A stretch of DNA of 64,000 bases, taken from NCBI RefSeq assembly GCF_964355755.1, contig NC_092670.1:33778388-33842387 (forward strand). The letters are read 5' to 3'. The position numbers and the translations under genes were made by a program. This DNA is from Antedon mediterranea. Its lineage: Eukaryota; Animalia; Echinodermata. Positions 53,850 through 64,000 of this stretch are shown piece after piece. How positions within the stretch are numbered: position 1 is the first letter of the stretch; every line of letters begins with the position of its first letter. The notes beneath the pieces are model-generated. The model ran no database searches. It saw only the letters and a list, made by a program, of their open reading frames with translations, and was not told the origin of the DNA.

Positions 53850-56231
53850 ATGGCACACTCAGCCGTCTTATGCATCTGTCTGTTGTTTGTTCTTCTTGCC
53901 TTAGGACATGGTGAGTTTTTTTTTTAGCCTACGGTATATTTAGTTTTGAATATGGGCTGGCAAGGCCTATTTTAAAATTAATGTGCGGTTAGTTAAACGA
54001 TTTTTAGCGAAAATTGTTACTCCTTTTTACGTGAACCGTTACAATTTCACTAATCCAATAAAGCCTGATTACCCATTTTCATGTAAAATCGTTACTTCTG
54101 GATAACTGAACGTCGAAAGGAAATATAAAAAAAAAATGAATAATTGAATTGACTCAATGAACAGTAATGTCTAGAGACGGATTTCTTATACTACTCGGAC
54201 CTGTCAATCTAAATTTGGACAGAATTTTCTTAATGAAATGTTTCTTTCTCTTCATCGGATGATAATAATTTGTATTATATTTAACTCTGTATACTTTTAT
54301 GTTTTGAAATAATGTTTATCACTTTGTATTGCAGCAAAGACGTTTTCAAGAAGCCGAAGTTCATCATCAGAAGAACATAACAGTAAGTCAGTCCAAATAA
54401 ATCTGTCAATTAGTCTTACATTCATCTAAATGATGATGAAACTAAGCATATTGGTTGGTCCTATAATTGACCAAGGGCTTCTCTCGTCCAGTCTCAACCT
54501 TACCAGAGAGGCATACACCAATATGTCTGAGGCAGATACTAGATGCAGTGGCAACCGTAAGAGTCAGCAATGCTGATTTCAAATTCCTAATTGAACCCCA
54601 TCTCCATGTATACGACACCAGATATTCCCAGAAGGTCTCCAATTCCATTCGGGCCCAACGTTGACGTTAACTTCGCTATGTAGAAGATTTATATTCTTAT
54701 AATATAAATATCACAAAGAGACCTGATGCTTTTCACTGATTTCGCAAAAGCATTTAACCAAGTGGAAAGAAATGTAACGTTAGAAGCTGTAAAGAAATTA
54801 GGATTTGGTCTTATTTTTAAAATTAAGGATAAAAGAAAGATAGTATGACATTACTCCTTAAAATGTAGTATGAATTCTTATTGCACAAGCAACGTGGGAG
54901 ATAAAATTCCAACATAATGATATTTAATGGAATGGTATATAATAAGATTAAAAATTAAAGATGTATTGTCCCCCTGAAAAAAAAAATCATTATTTTTTTT
55001 AATATCCTATTTTAATATCACATAATATTTATTCACTTTTTAACCAAAAATTGGATTGAAAAGTTATTTAAATTATTTACTTGAACACATAGAAAACTGT
55101 AATTTAGGCTAAAGCAAAACATATTCAAATGGACCAGCCAATAGATTTTTGGTTGAATTTAACCATTTATTTAGTCATTTTATAAGTGAAAACGTTTGTT
55201 TTCTTACGGAAGTGATTAATTTGATTAAAACTACAAAATAACCTATTCAAAGTCGGATTTAATTTATCTTAATTTTTTAATTTTTTGGAGAAAATATATT
55301 TATAATTAAACAAGGCCATATAGATGGCTGCAGTTGCATGTTGAAGTTAGTTTTTACCGACCGACTGACCGACCGACCGACAGACCAACATAGTGAGCTG
55401 TGGAGTCACGTTGCACGCGAATAAAAACGTTATGGTTCAAAATTGTTGTTTTTCTTATTTAAAAATCATGTTTAGATATTATAAAAGACAGTTCACTGAA
55501 AGATGCAGTAGACCATCTAGCTGAAGGCATAGAAGATGTACTCCAAACCATGCTTGACATGATGGGGCAACAGCTTCAAGGCCATGAAGACAAAATCCTT
55601 GGCAGATTAGATGAAATCGACGAGAAGATTAACGACATCCAGCAATGCTCTTGCTCGAGTAAGTATTTCACAAATGAACAGTCTATGAATACAGTTTACA
55701 TCTTAGTATCAAAAGATAAATATTTTTCGATATGTTCGGGTGAGAGCATACCGAGTGGCAATAGGCCGGATAGCAAAATGTGAGGCGATAGTATAAATCC
55801 TATGTGCTCCCAAGATCGTTTTTGTCAGTAGAAACAGAAAGCAATTACCTATCAATTACAAACTGTATAATTATTATTATTCATTGGATAACGACATGTT
55901 CCTCGATTCATAATGATGGTTTTTTTTTCTTTTTTTCATTCATTTAGAGCGCTTTAGGGTGTTCTACGCGGCAGATGGACGGTATACGCTGAATTTTGAA
56001 CAAGCGAAACAAAAATGCATTGACAACGGTGCAAAAATGGCCACTGTCAATCAGTTACAAGCAGCATATTCTTTTGGAATGGACCAATGCAACTTTGGGT
56101 GGTTGTCAGATGGCACCGTTCGATACCCAATCACAATGCCACGAGTAGGATGTGGAGAGGGACCTCCTGGCGTTCGAAGCTTGGGAACACAGGATAAGAG
56201 TAAAACTTACGATGTTTATTGTTTTAAGTAA
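53850..56231 (+). CDS. Secreted coiled-coil + Link-module protein, copy D (191 aa)
   Basis: Exons 53850-53910, 54335-54382, 55476-55658, 55948-56231; intact splice sites and frame. Confidence 0.88.
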
Positions 56232-56580
56232 CCAAACTAATAGGAACAATAAACATAAAATATATTATTGATAATTATTATCTTATGTTGTATAAGCATT
56301 TAGGCGTATAATCATCATTACAAAAACGTTCTGATAAGATAAGAGTAAAACTTACTTTGTTTATTGTTTTAAGAATCCATCAAAACTTATCTAATAATAC
56401 AATATTATCAATGATAGTTTGATTAATATGTACGTTCTTTAATAAACATTTATGAAGATTTACAAGATGTATGTTTACTTTTTCACATGTACTGGTTATA
56501 AAATTATTTTACTTAGCCAAAAATTGGCGTAGTAGTCTGTTGACAGCGCGAGGTGAAGACGATGAGATGCTGACGCTGTC

Positions 56581-56880
56581 AATCTTTATGGAACAACTCA
56601 TGTTTTGATAAAAGAGAATTTAAAGTTGAAAAAAAATTGGTTGGATAAAAATGTAAACTATGTAAAAGATATCGTGAAAAAAGAAGGGAAAATATTAGAA
56701 CTAGACGAATTTAACCAAAAATATAATTTTAAACCAGACTTCTTGTTATATCACCAGATTGTAAATTCAATTACAAAGCTCAGGAAACAGAAATTAATTG
56801 AACAAGGTGTAAACACAACTAAATGAAGTTGAATCTAAATTACAGACATTCATTTTTGTGAACACGAGAAATTGTCATTA
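56581..56880 (+). mobile_element. L1/Tx1-clade LINE ORF2 fragment, left half
   Basis: LWNN...W....V.YVKDI.....LDEF.QKYN peptide; frame continues at 63662 once the Helitron is removed. Confidence 0.7.
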
Positions 56881-57479
56881 CTAGATGGTACGCTCGCTTC
56901 GCTCGCGTACCATCTAGGTCGTGCCCACAGATGGTTCTCGAATACATAATAATTTCAGCGTTAAAAAACTGGCGATTTCAAATGTACGTACCGCAGGACA
57001 ATAATACATGTCGTTTACAGGAACGAATAAATAGACACTGTGATGTATGTACTGAACTAAAATTAGAACCCTGGGAATTACTTCCGAAAGAGAAACTTGT
57101 CACAAAATGAGACCAATTGTTGAAGTCAAATTTAAACACACTTAATTTGTGTTTTGTATGTAACAGGGTTGAGGGATAGGAAAGAGGATGGGTGCAAAGA
57201 GGAACACTTTTTAAATATATTCTTTATCCATGTAGTAACGAAATATTAATTGTTTTCATGTTTTACAAATAATATACCACTAAACACAGTAAAACATTGC
57301 GATGTAATACTTTGTTGAAACTATCACCGTCCTAGTCGATTGAAATAGTACAGTACATGTAACGATACATCACTACGACGTGTATATGTTTATATAATGT
57401 AAAACAATTTGTGAAAACCACCTCTATTCGTGGAAAATCATAAATTCGATTCGAGATCTCGATCTCTAGATCGAAAGTA

Positions 57480-58347
57480 AAACAGTATTTTCATTATGAA
57501 ATTGATAATAAAGTACTAGAAAGTGTAACAGAATACAAGTATCTTGGTGTTACCTTGTCTTCAGATTTGAAGTGGAATAAACACATCTCTCTGACTACTG
57601 GTAAATGCAATAAACTTGTAGGATTTATTAAGAGGTGTGTTAGAACCAATGATCAGACCGTTTTTCCTAAATTATTTAAGTCTATCATTAGGCCTGTAAT
57701 TGAATACGCTTCACCTGTCTGGTTTCCATTTCTGCAAAGCACCATCAATCAGATTGAATCTGTTCAGAGACGCTTTACACGATCATGCTTCCCACGTTTT
57801 TTTCACATGGATTATGACATGCGGCCGTCATACGAACAAAGGTTACGGACTCTAAAATTACCCACGATTTATAATAGACTTAAATTCATCCGTGTTAAAT
57901 TTGTTGTGAAGTGCCTCTGTACAGATTTCCTAATTGATGGTGCTTTGCTACCTAAACCTGTTGAACGTAGAAGTGAGAAACTTGTTTTCAGACATGAGAA
58001 GTCTCGTACTAATGCTTTTTTTTATTCTGTTTTTATTTCATTTCCACGGATGTGGGATGAGATTCCGGTATATATAACAGACATGTTTATTTATAATGAT
58101 TGCAATTTTTATTCTGTTTTATATAAATTCTATGTTACCGGGTTGTTAAATGTTTATCCTTGTTAATGTTATTTTGCCACCAGCACTATCAGGAGAGTCT
58201 TTTATAGCGATATTTTTTGCTTTTTGACAATCCGCCAGGATAGTGTTCTGCGCTTTTTCTCTGCTTGTTGTTGTTCTATGTTATATATGCTTTTTGTATT
58301 GTTTTTGTATTATTTTTTCTGGATAATAAATGAATATGAATACGAAT
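57480..58347 (+). mobile_element. 5'-truncated CR1-group LINE
   Basis: YKYLGVTLSSDLKWNKHI...IRPVIEYASPVW.P...IESVQRRFTR, 3' UTR, AATAAA and (TGAATA)n-like tail. Confidence 0.85.
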
Positions 58348-59105
58348 ATTTAATTGTCAATAATATTAAATTATCTAACTCAACCTAATGGTTTTCAATT
58401 GTTTCTTAGAGCCAATTCATACTTAAGTTGGTTCCTACCCTACCCACCAAAGTTGTTCTGCGTTTAGGGCATGTGATGCACCGTAGGCCTATCCTCTACT
58501 GGCTTTACAACACTACCCATGCCAGTGTAGTGAGGGAAGGGTGATGATGTCACTTGGGTGGTTTAACTGCAATAATAAAGATTTGTACATAATATACGAC
58601 GGCGACTGAAAACGCTAGCTCATTATCCGTTTAAAAAAATCTATATCCAACCTCTGCAGCACAGATTGAAAAAAAATGGATCGAATTTCTGTTATGAGTA
58701 TACAGTACTTGCCTTTACGACACCTGAAGGAATAGACACTTGTGGAACAGAGATTGGAATGTTCCATTCATTTCAAATCAATACATTTGGTGGCGCTATT
58801 CGATAATGCAACATGTAGTTTTATTTTGCTCTGAACCTCATGAATTAAATCTGCTAAAATCTTTGAAACCGGGATTTAAATTGTTCTTCAAAGTGGAGGA
58901 TATGATATATTAATTGATAATAAGTACTAGTACCAAGAAATTTGTATCAAAAAGGATATATTTTTCGATATTCTGGAAGCGTCTTTGCTAAGTCGGGGTA
59001 AGTCAACTGGACCCATGTGAAGCCTACATTATCCATACAGAGGAGCATAGAGTCCTGGAAGCAGGTGTATGGGGCTAGGCCTAGTGTTCCTTGAACTTAA
59101 CAACC

Positions 59106-60131
59106 ATGGCTGAAGGTAGGCCTACTACTAGAGGGAAGGCAAGGGATAGAAAGGATATGGAACTGGAACCTAGATTTAGGCCTGCAGATGCTAGGCCTAG
59201 GCCTAGCCAACCTGAACAGGAAGCAACTCCACAGTCAGTTGAGGGAGCTTGTGCTATCTGTAAAACCATCATAGGCGAAAAGGATAAGGGCGTAAATTGT
59301 GACATTTGTAAGAGGTGTTTCTGCCTGAAATGTTCAAAACTCTCAAATAAAATGTATGCTCTCCTCTCCGACAGCGAAATAAAGAATTTTTTATGGTCAT
59401 GTGATACATGCCTTGTACAGTTACCTTTGTTGAAGAAAATTGCGGAGATAAATGAATTGCAGGAAAATATGAATGCGAGATTAAATATTGTGGAAAAAAC
59501 GCAAAAAGATCAGGCGCTTAGAGCATCACTAACCAATAAAAACATTGAAGTCATTGAAAAAATCCAGGTCGACACAAGAAATAATTTGATAGAATTAAAA
59601 GAGAGCTACGATCTAATGGATGGGAAAATTAAAGAGAGTGTTCAGGAAGGCATTGAAGAATATAGAGATAGAGAATCTCGTAAATTAAATATTGTGATCG
59701 AAAATCTACCTGAATCTGATAACCAAAGTTCTCAGCAGAGACTGAAGGAAGACAGGGTTGCTATTGAGAAATTATTCAATGAGTGTTTAGAGATAGAGGG
59801 AGTTGAAATAACAGAAGTGATCAGGCTTGGGAAATACACGGAAGACGGGTGTAGAATGGCAAGAGTTTCTCTGGATAGCCTGAAAAGTAAAAGGGAAGTG
59901 ATGGTAAATGCAAAAAAACTTAGAAGCACGGATCACGCATTTCTAAAGAACATATATATTAATCCTGATAGATCAAAAAAAGAGAGGCAAATGAACTATG
60001 AGTTAAGACAGGAACTAAGATCAAGGAAAGATAACGGCGAGATTGATCTTGTTATAAGAAGAGGTAAAATTATGAAGCGGGATAGCGAACTGGCGTTTGA
60101 TCGTTTTCGAGGCCCTAGTTCATCATCATAA
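59106..60131 (+). CDS. LINE ORF1: PHD-type zinc finger, coiled coil, C-terminal ORF1 domain
   Basis: ACCATGG start; CAIC..CDIC..FCLKC..WSCDTC; R..NIVI.NLPE, RLGK, IYINPD. Confidence 0.88.
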   Translation: MAEGRPTTRGKARDRKDMELEPRFRPADARPRPSQPEQEATPQSVEGACAICKTIIGEKDKGVNCDICKRCFCLKCSKLSNKMYALLSDSEIKNFLWSCDTCLVQLPLLKKIAEINELQENMNARLNIVEKTQKDQALRASLTNKNIEVIEKIQVDTRNNLIELKESYDLMDGKIKESVQEGIEEYRDRESRKLNIVIENLPESDNQSSQQRLKEDRVAIEKLFNECLEIEGVEITEVIRLGKYTEDGCRMARVSLDSLKSKREVMVNAKKLRSTDHAFLKNIYINPDRSKKERQMNYELRQELRSRKDNGEIDLVIRRGKIMKRDSELAFDRFRGPSSSS

Positions 60132-63100
60132 AGAATTTTCAAATATAGAATCTTTTTGTTTTGAAGAAAATTATTTTAACTTAGAAAGAAAAGTGAAACA
60201 AAAATTTATAAGAAAAAAAAAATGTTCAGAGGACAAGAAAAAATTTAAAACTTTTATAGAAGGATTAAAGCAGAAGAAATCTAGTTTAAGAAACGATGAT
60301 ATTGTTGATTTTCATGAGAAGTCGTTGAAATTTCTTTACACAAACGCAGATGCCCTGAGAAATAAAATAGGTGAGTTACGTGATATTATAAATCAAAGGA
60401 AACCTGATGTGGTTGCAATAACTGAAGTAAATAACAAAACTTGTACAGACATATTGGAAGTTGAGTTAAGCATCAAGGGATACACAAAATTTGATTCTGG
60501 CAGAAGTGGTAGAGGTGTGGTTATTTTTGCGAAGGAAGAGCTGAATGCCAGTATCTGTAACGAATTACTGAATTTAAATTTTGTGGAAGCACTATGGATC
60601 AAAATTGAAATAAATAAAAGGCAACAACTATTATGCGGATGTATTTACAGAAGTCCTAACAGTATTGACGAAAATAATCAAGCGTTACTATCTGCTATCA
60701 ACAAAGCAAGTGAACTAAATGGTATTTCTGATTTCATCATGTTAGGAGATTTCAATTTTCCTGAAATTGATTGGATTTCTTGGAGTACAAATAAAAAAGA
60801 AACACATAAAAGTAATCGGTTTATAGAATGCCTTAGAGATAATTTTCTATGCCAGTGTATACAGCAACCAACACGATTTCGAGATGGTCAAACACCTAAC
60901 ATACTCGACTTAGTAATCACCATGGATGAAACCAAAATAAGTGAAATTGAGATAGGTCCACCATTAGGAAAAAGCGACCACGTAACAATCTTGTTTTCAT
61001 ATGACTGTGTAACTAAAATACAAGAGAAAATGGAATACAAGCTAAATTTCAACAAGGGTGACTATATTAAAATGAAAGAACTGATTACTGAGGTGGACTA
61101 CCAATTTGAAAATACAAATGTTGAAGAGGCCTGTGAAGCTTTAAATAAATCAATAAGAAATGCTGTTCAGATCTGTATTCCCAAGTCAAACATAAAAAAA
61201 GAAAATAAACCTATCTGGATGACTGGTGACGTTCAGAGGAAAATTAAAATGAAACATAATGCATGGAAAAAGTTTACAAGGTCTCGACAACAGAAGGATT
61301 ATGACAGTTACAAAAAGGCAAGAAATATAGTAACAGGTGAAAAAAGGGCAGCAAAGATTGCACTGGAGCGGAAAATTTGCAATGAAGTAAAAACAAATCC
61401 TAAAAGTTTCTGGAAATATGTAAGAGAGAAAACCAAAACAACTCAATCTATTGGATTGGTGAAGGATGGAAAGGGTAATATGGCTGATGACAATCAGCAT
61501 AAAGCGGAAATTTTCAACGCATTTTTCACAAGTGTATTCACGAATGAAGACCTCGAGTCATTGCCAGAAGTTACACCAAGAGTTGACGTGGATGACCATT
61601 TGGAGTCAATTGAAGTGACAAAGGAGGAAGTGCTTACATGCCTTCAGCAGATGAACTCAAATAAATCAGCTGGACCAGATGACGTGCATCCAAGAGTACT
61701 GAAGGAACTTAAAGAAATTGTTGCAACTCCATTGACGTCAATATACAACAAATCACTATCGACTGGACAGTTACCGGAGTGCTGGAAATGTGCAAATGTA
61801 GTACCAATTTTTAAGAAAGGGGACAAGACGGAGGTTGGAAACTACAGGCCAGTAAGTTTGACATCTGTCGTATGCAAACTTTTGGAATCAATTGTGAGAG
61901 ACAAAATTATACAGTTTCTAAATGATAGAAACCTTATTATAAAAGCACAGCATGGGTTTTGGAAAGGTAGATCTTGCGTCACACAATTGCTGGAGGTGAT
62001 GGAAGAATGGACGAAATTGCTGGATGCGGGAGAAAACTTTGATTCTGTATATTTGGATTTTAGTAAGGCATTCGATTCTATCCCCCACCAGAGATTAATA
62101 ACAAAATTGGAAGCGTACGGAATAAAAGGAAACCTACTGAGATGGATACATCAATTTTTGACAGGGAGGAGACAAAGAGTTAGAGTGGCCGCAGCATTTT
62201 CTGAATGGTCTACGGTTAAAAGCGGAGTCCCTCAAGGCAGCGTGTTAGGCCCTTTATTATTTATCATTTTCATAAACGACCTACCTGATGCAGTTAAATC
62301 TAAAGTATGGATGTTTGCAGATGACACTAAGATGTTTAATGTTGTGTATGAAAACAGAAATGATACTGTTCAAAATGATCTCAAGGCATTATCCGATTGG
62401 TCTAAAAGATGGCAGCTGAAATTCAACATTAATAAATGTAAAGTAATACATTATGGAAATTCAAATCCACAAATGCAATTCACTATGCCAACAGAGGAAG
62501 GTGACGAGGATCTGCCAAATGCCAATACTGAAAAGGACCTTGGAGTTACTTTTGATCAGTCTTTAAAATTTTCACTACATACGAATGAAGCTGTAAATAA
62601 AGCAAATAGACTCATTGGATTGGTAAGGCGATCTTTTGCTTACATGGATAAGGATATGTTCCTGCCCCTTTATAAAAGTATAATTCGACCTCATCTGGAA
62701 TACGCAAGCTGTATATGGTACCCTCTCCTAAAAGGTGATTTGGATAAGCTTGAAAGAGTGCAGCGTAGGGCCACTAAAATTGTCAAAAAGTTAAGAGATA
62801 AATCTTACGATCAGAGATTAAAAGAGCTTGGATTACCTACACTGAATTACAGAAGAAGGAGAGCGGACATTATACAAGTGTTTAAAATTATCAAGGGCTT
62901 GGATGATATTGAAGCCGAAACCTTTTTTGACTTTAGAGAGGACAGTAGAACAAGGGGCCATCAATTCAAATTAAGAAAGCCAAGAGCCCGACTGAAAATC
63001 AGAAGCCACTCCTTTTCATGTAGAATCGTCAACACATGGAACAATCTATACCACACTACAGTACAAGCAGAAAATATAAATGCATTCAAGGATCAACTAA

Positions 63101-63144
63101 ACAAAGACAGAGCAATGGGAGATAAATTTTGCTACCAATTCTAG
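60097..63144 (+). CDS. LINE ORF2: AP endonuclease + reverse transcriptase
   Basis: YTNA, ITE, IYRSP, GDFN, SDH; NYRPVSLTS, DFSKAFD, GVPQGSVLGP, FADD; true start uncertain. Confidence 0.95.
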   Translation: MIVFEALVHHHKEFSNIESFCFEENYFNLERKVKQKFIRKKKCSEDKKKFKTFIEGLKQKKSSLRNDDIVDFHEKSLKFLYTNADALRNKIGELRDIINQRKPDVVAITEVNNKTCTDILEVELSIKGYTKFDSGRSGRGVVIFAKEELNASICNELLNLNFVEALWIKIEINKRQQLLCGCIYRSPNSIDENNQALLSAINKASELNGISDFIMLGDFNFPEIDWISWSTNKKETHKSNRFIECLRDNFLCQCIQQPTRFRDGQTPNILDLVITMDETKISEIEIGPPLGKSDHVTILFSYDCVTKIQEKMEYKLNFNKGDYIKMKELITEVDYQFENTNVEEACEALNKSIRNAVQICIPKSNIKKENKPIWMTGDVQRKIKMKHNAWKKFTRSRQQKDYDSYKKARNIVTGEKRAAKIALERKICNEVKTNPKSFWKYVREKTKTTQSIGLVKDGKGNMADDNQHKAEIFNAFFTSVFTNEDLESLPEVTPRVDVDDHLESIEVTKEEVLTCLQQMNSNKSAGPDDVHPRVLKELKEIVATPLTSIYNKSLSTGQLPECWKCANVVPIFKKGDKTEVGNYRPVSLTSVVCKLLESIVRDKIIQFLNDRNLIIKAQHGFWKGRSCVTQLLEVMEEWTKLLDAGENFDSVYLDFSKAFDSIPHQRLITKLEAYGIKGNLLRWIHQFLTGRRQRVRVAAAFSEWSTVKSGVPQGSVLGPLLFIIFINDLPDAVKSKVWMFADDTKMFNVVYENRNDTVQNDLKALSDWSKRWQLKFNINKCKVIHYGNSNPQMQFTMPTEEGDEDLPNANTEKDLGVTFDQSLKFSLHTNEAVNKANRLIGLVRRSFAYMDKDMFLPLYKSIIRPHLEYASCIWYPLLKGDLDKLERVQRRATKIVKKLRDKSYDQRLKELGLPTLNYRRRRADIIQVFKIIKGLDDIEAETFFDFREDSRTRGHQFKLRKPRARLKIRSHSFSCRIVNTWNNLYHTTVQAENINAFKDQLNKDRAMGDKFCYQF

Positions 63145-63661
63145 ATAAATACAGAAGAAATGGAGGGCGTTTAAAAGGCATTTGCCTTAATCAAGAGCCC
63201 GAAGATTCAAGTAAGATTCAAGTAAGATTTGTATAAACATTTATTAAATCTATCAAAATAGTATTTTTTTAAAGAAAATCGGCCTGTCTTCAACATTATG
63301 ATGCTGTACTCAAGCTGTTCAACCGGGTTTCAGCCATTAAAAACAATTATCGTAGGAGGAGATAGGAAAATGCGAAGCATCCTCGTATTATTGTCTGCGG
63401 GTATTTTTCAAGATGGACATACATTAGACAGTGTATACCATGATCGGAAAACACCCCTATTTGGGGCAAATCGTTGAACCTAAATTCGTTTTAATCGTCA
63501 ATAACGAATTATCGAACTCAATTTAATTAGTAAACAGGGTTACACCAGGTGGTTAAAATCAGTACCGAAAGTACGAACCAACTTTATATACCATCGAGTA
63601 AACATTCTAGAAATTACGCGCGATTTACCAAATTTTGCCCTTACGTAAATTTATATATAGA

Positions 63662-64000
63662 TATCTATAAACATATTATATTAAAAAATGTTGAAGAGTC
63701 AATTGAAATTGAATCAAAATGGGAAAAGGAGTTTGACAACGAACTTAATTGGAAAAACCTTTTCTCAAATTTACACGCCTGTACAAATGACACTATGCTA
63801 AAAAATGTTCAAATTAAATGTATTCATCGTATAATTTATACAAATACAATGCTCTTTAAGATGTCAAAGGTCGATTCACCAATGTGTAGTTTTTGCAAGG
63901 AAAAGCAGGAAACACTGCTACATATGTTCTTTGAATGTGATCTAGTAAAGAAAATATGGGAAAATTTAAAACAATTTGTGTATCGAAATATCAACAATAA
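63662..64000 (+). mobile_element. L1/Tx1-clade LINE ORF2 fragment, right half (zinc-knuckle region)
   Basis: My translation: SKWEKE...KCIHRIIYTN..L.K......CSFCKEKQETLLHMFFEC..V..IW; runs off the window. Confidence 0.85.

Larger units (their letters stand above)
58588..63229 (+). mobile_element. Apparently full-length CR1-group LINE
   Basis: Two uninterrupted ORFs; tail (AAGATTCAAGT)2 AAGATT; candidate TSD AAGATTTGTA at 58578-58587 and 63224-63233 (5' end tentative). Confidence 0.88.
56881..63661 (-). mobile_element. Non-autonomous Helitron carrying nested LINEs
   Basis: Minus strand A|TCTATATATAA...CTAG|T, no TSD, 13-bp hairpin at 56881-56917; excision restores the host frame TRNCHY-IYKHII. 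Confidence 0.75.

Noticed and set aside
58472-58587. Possible solo LTR (TG start, AATAAA) split by the LINE
   Set aside because: No matching TSD or second copy found.

Overview
AT-rich eukaryotic (invertebrate animal, probably deuterostome) genomic DNA. Positions 1-~56580 are a tandem array of ~14.6-24 kb units. Each unit carries a four-exon gene for a 191-aa secreted protein (signal peptide, Ser-rich SSSEE segment, coiled coil, CxC, single Link/Xlink module). There are three complete copies plus the last exon of a fourth, and each spacer holds two Link pseudogenes. The intact copies alternate between two Link types whose differences are confined to a 70-nt patch; part of that patch matches the neighbouring pseudogenes, suggesting pseudogene-templated gene conversion. 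The array is full of mobile elements, several dated by empty sites in sister units: a very young Ty3/Gypsy LTR element, Kolobok, Mutator-like, Harbinger-like and Helentron-like elements, L2 and Penelope fragments, a 5S-derived SINE, and an element whose two ends share structure rather than sequence. The last 7.4 kb is a nest: an L1/Tx1 fragment split by a Helitron that contains a CR1 fragment and an apparently intact two-ORF CR1-group LINE. All comparisons were made by eye; no database search was run.
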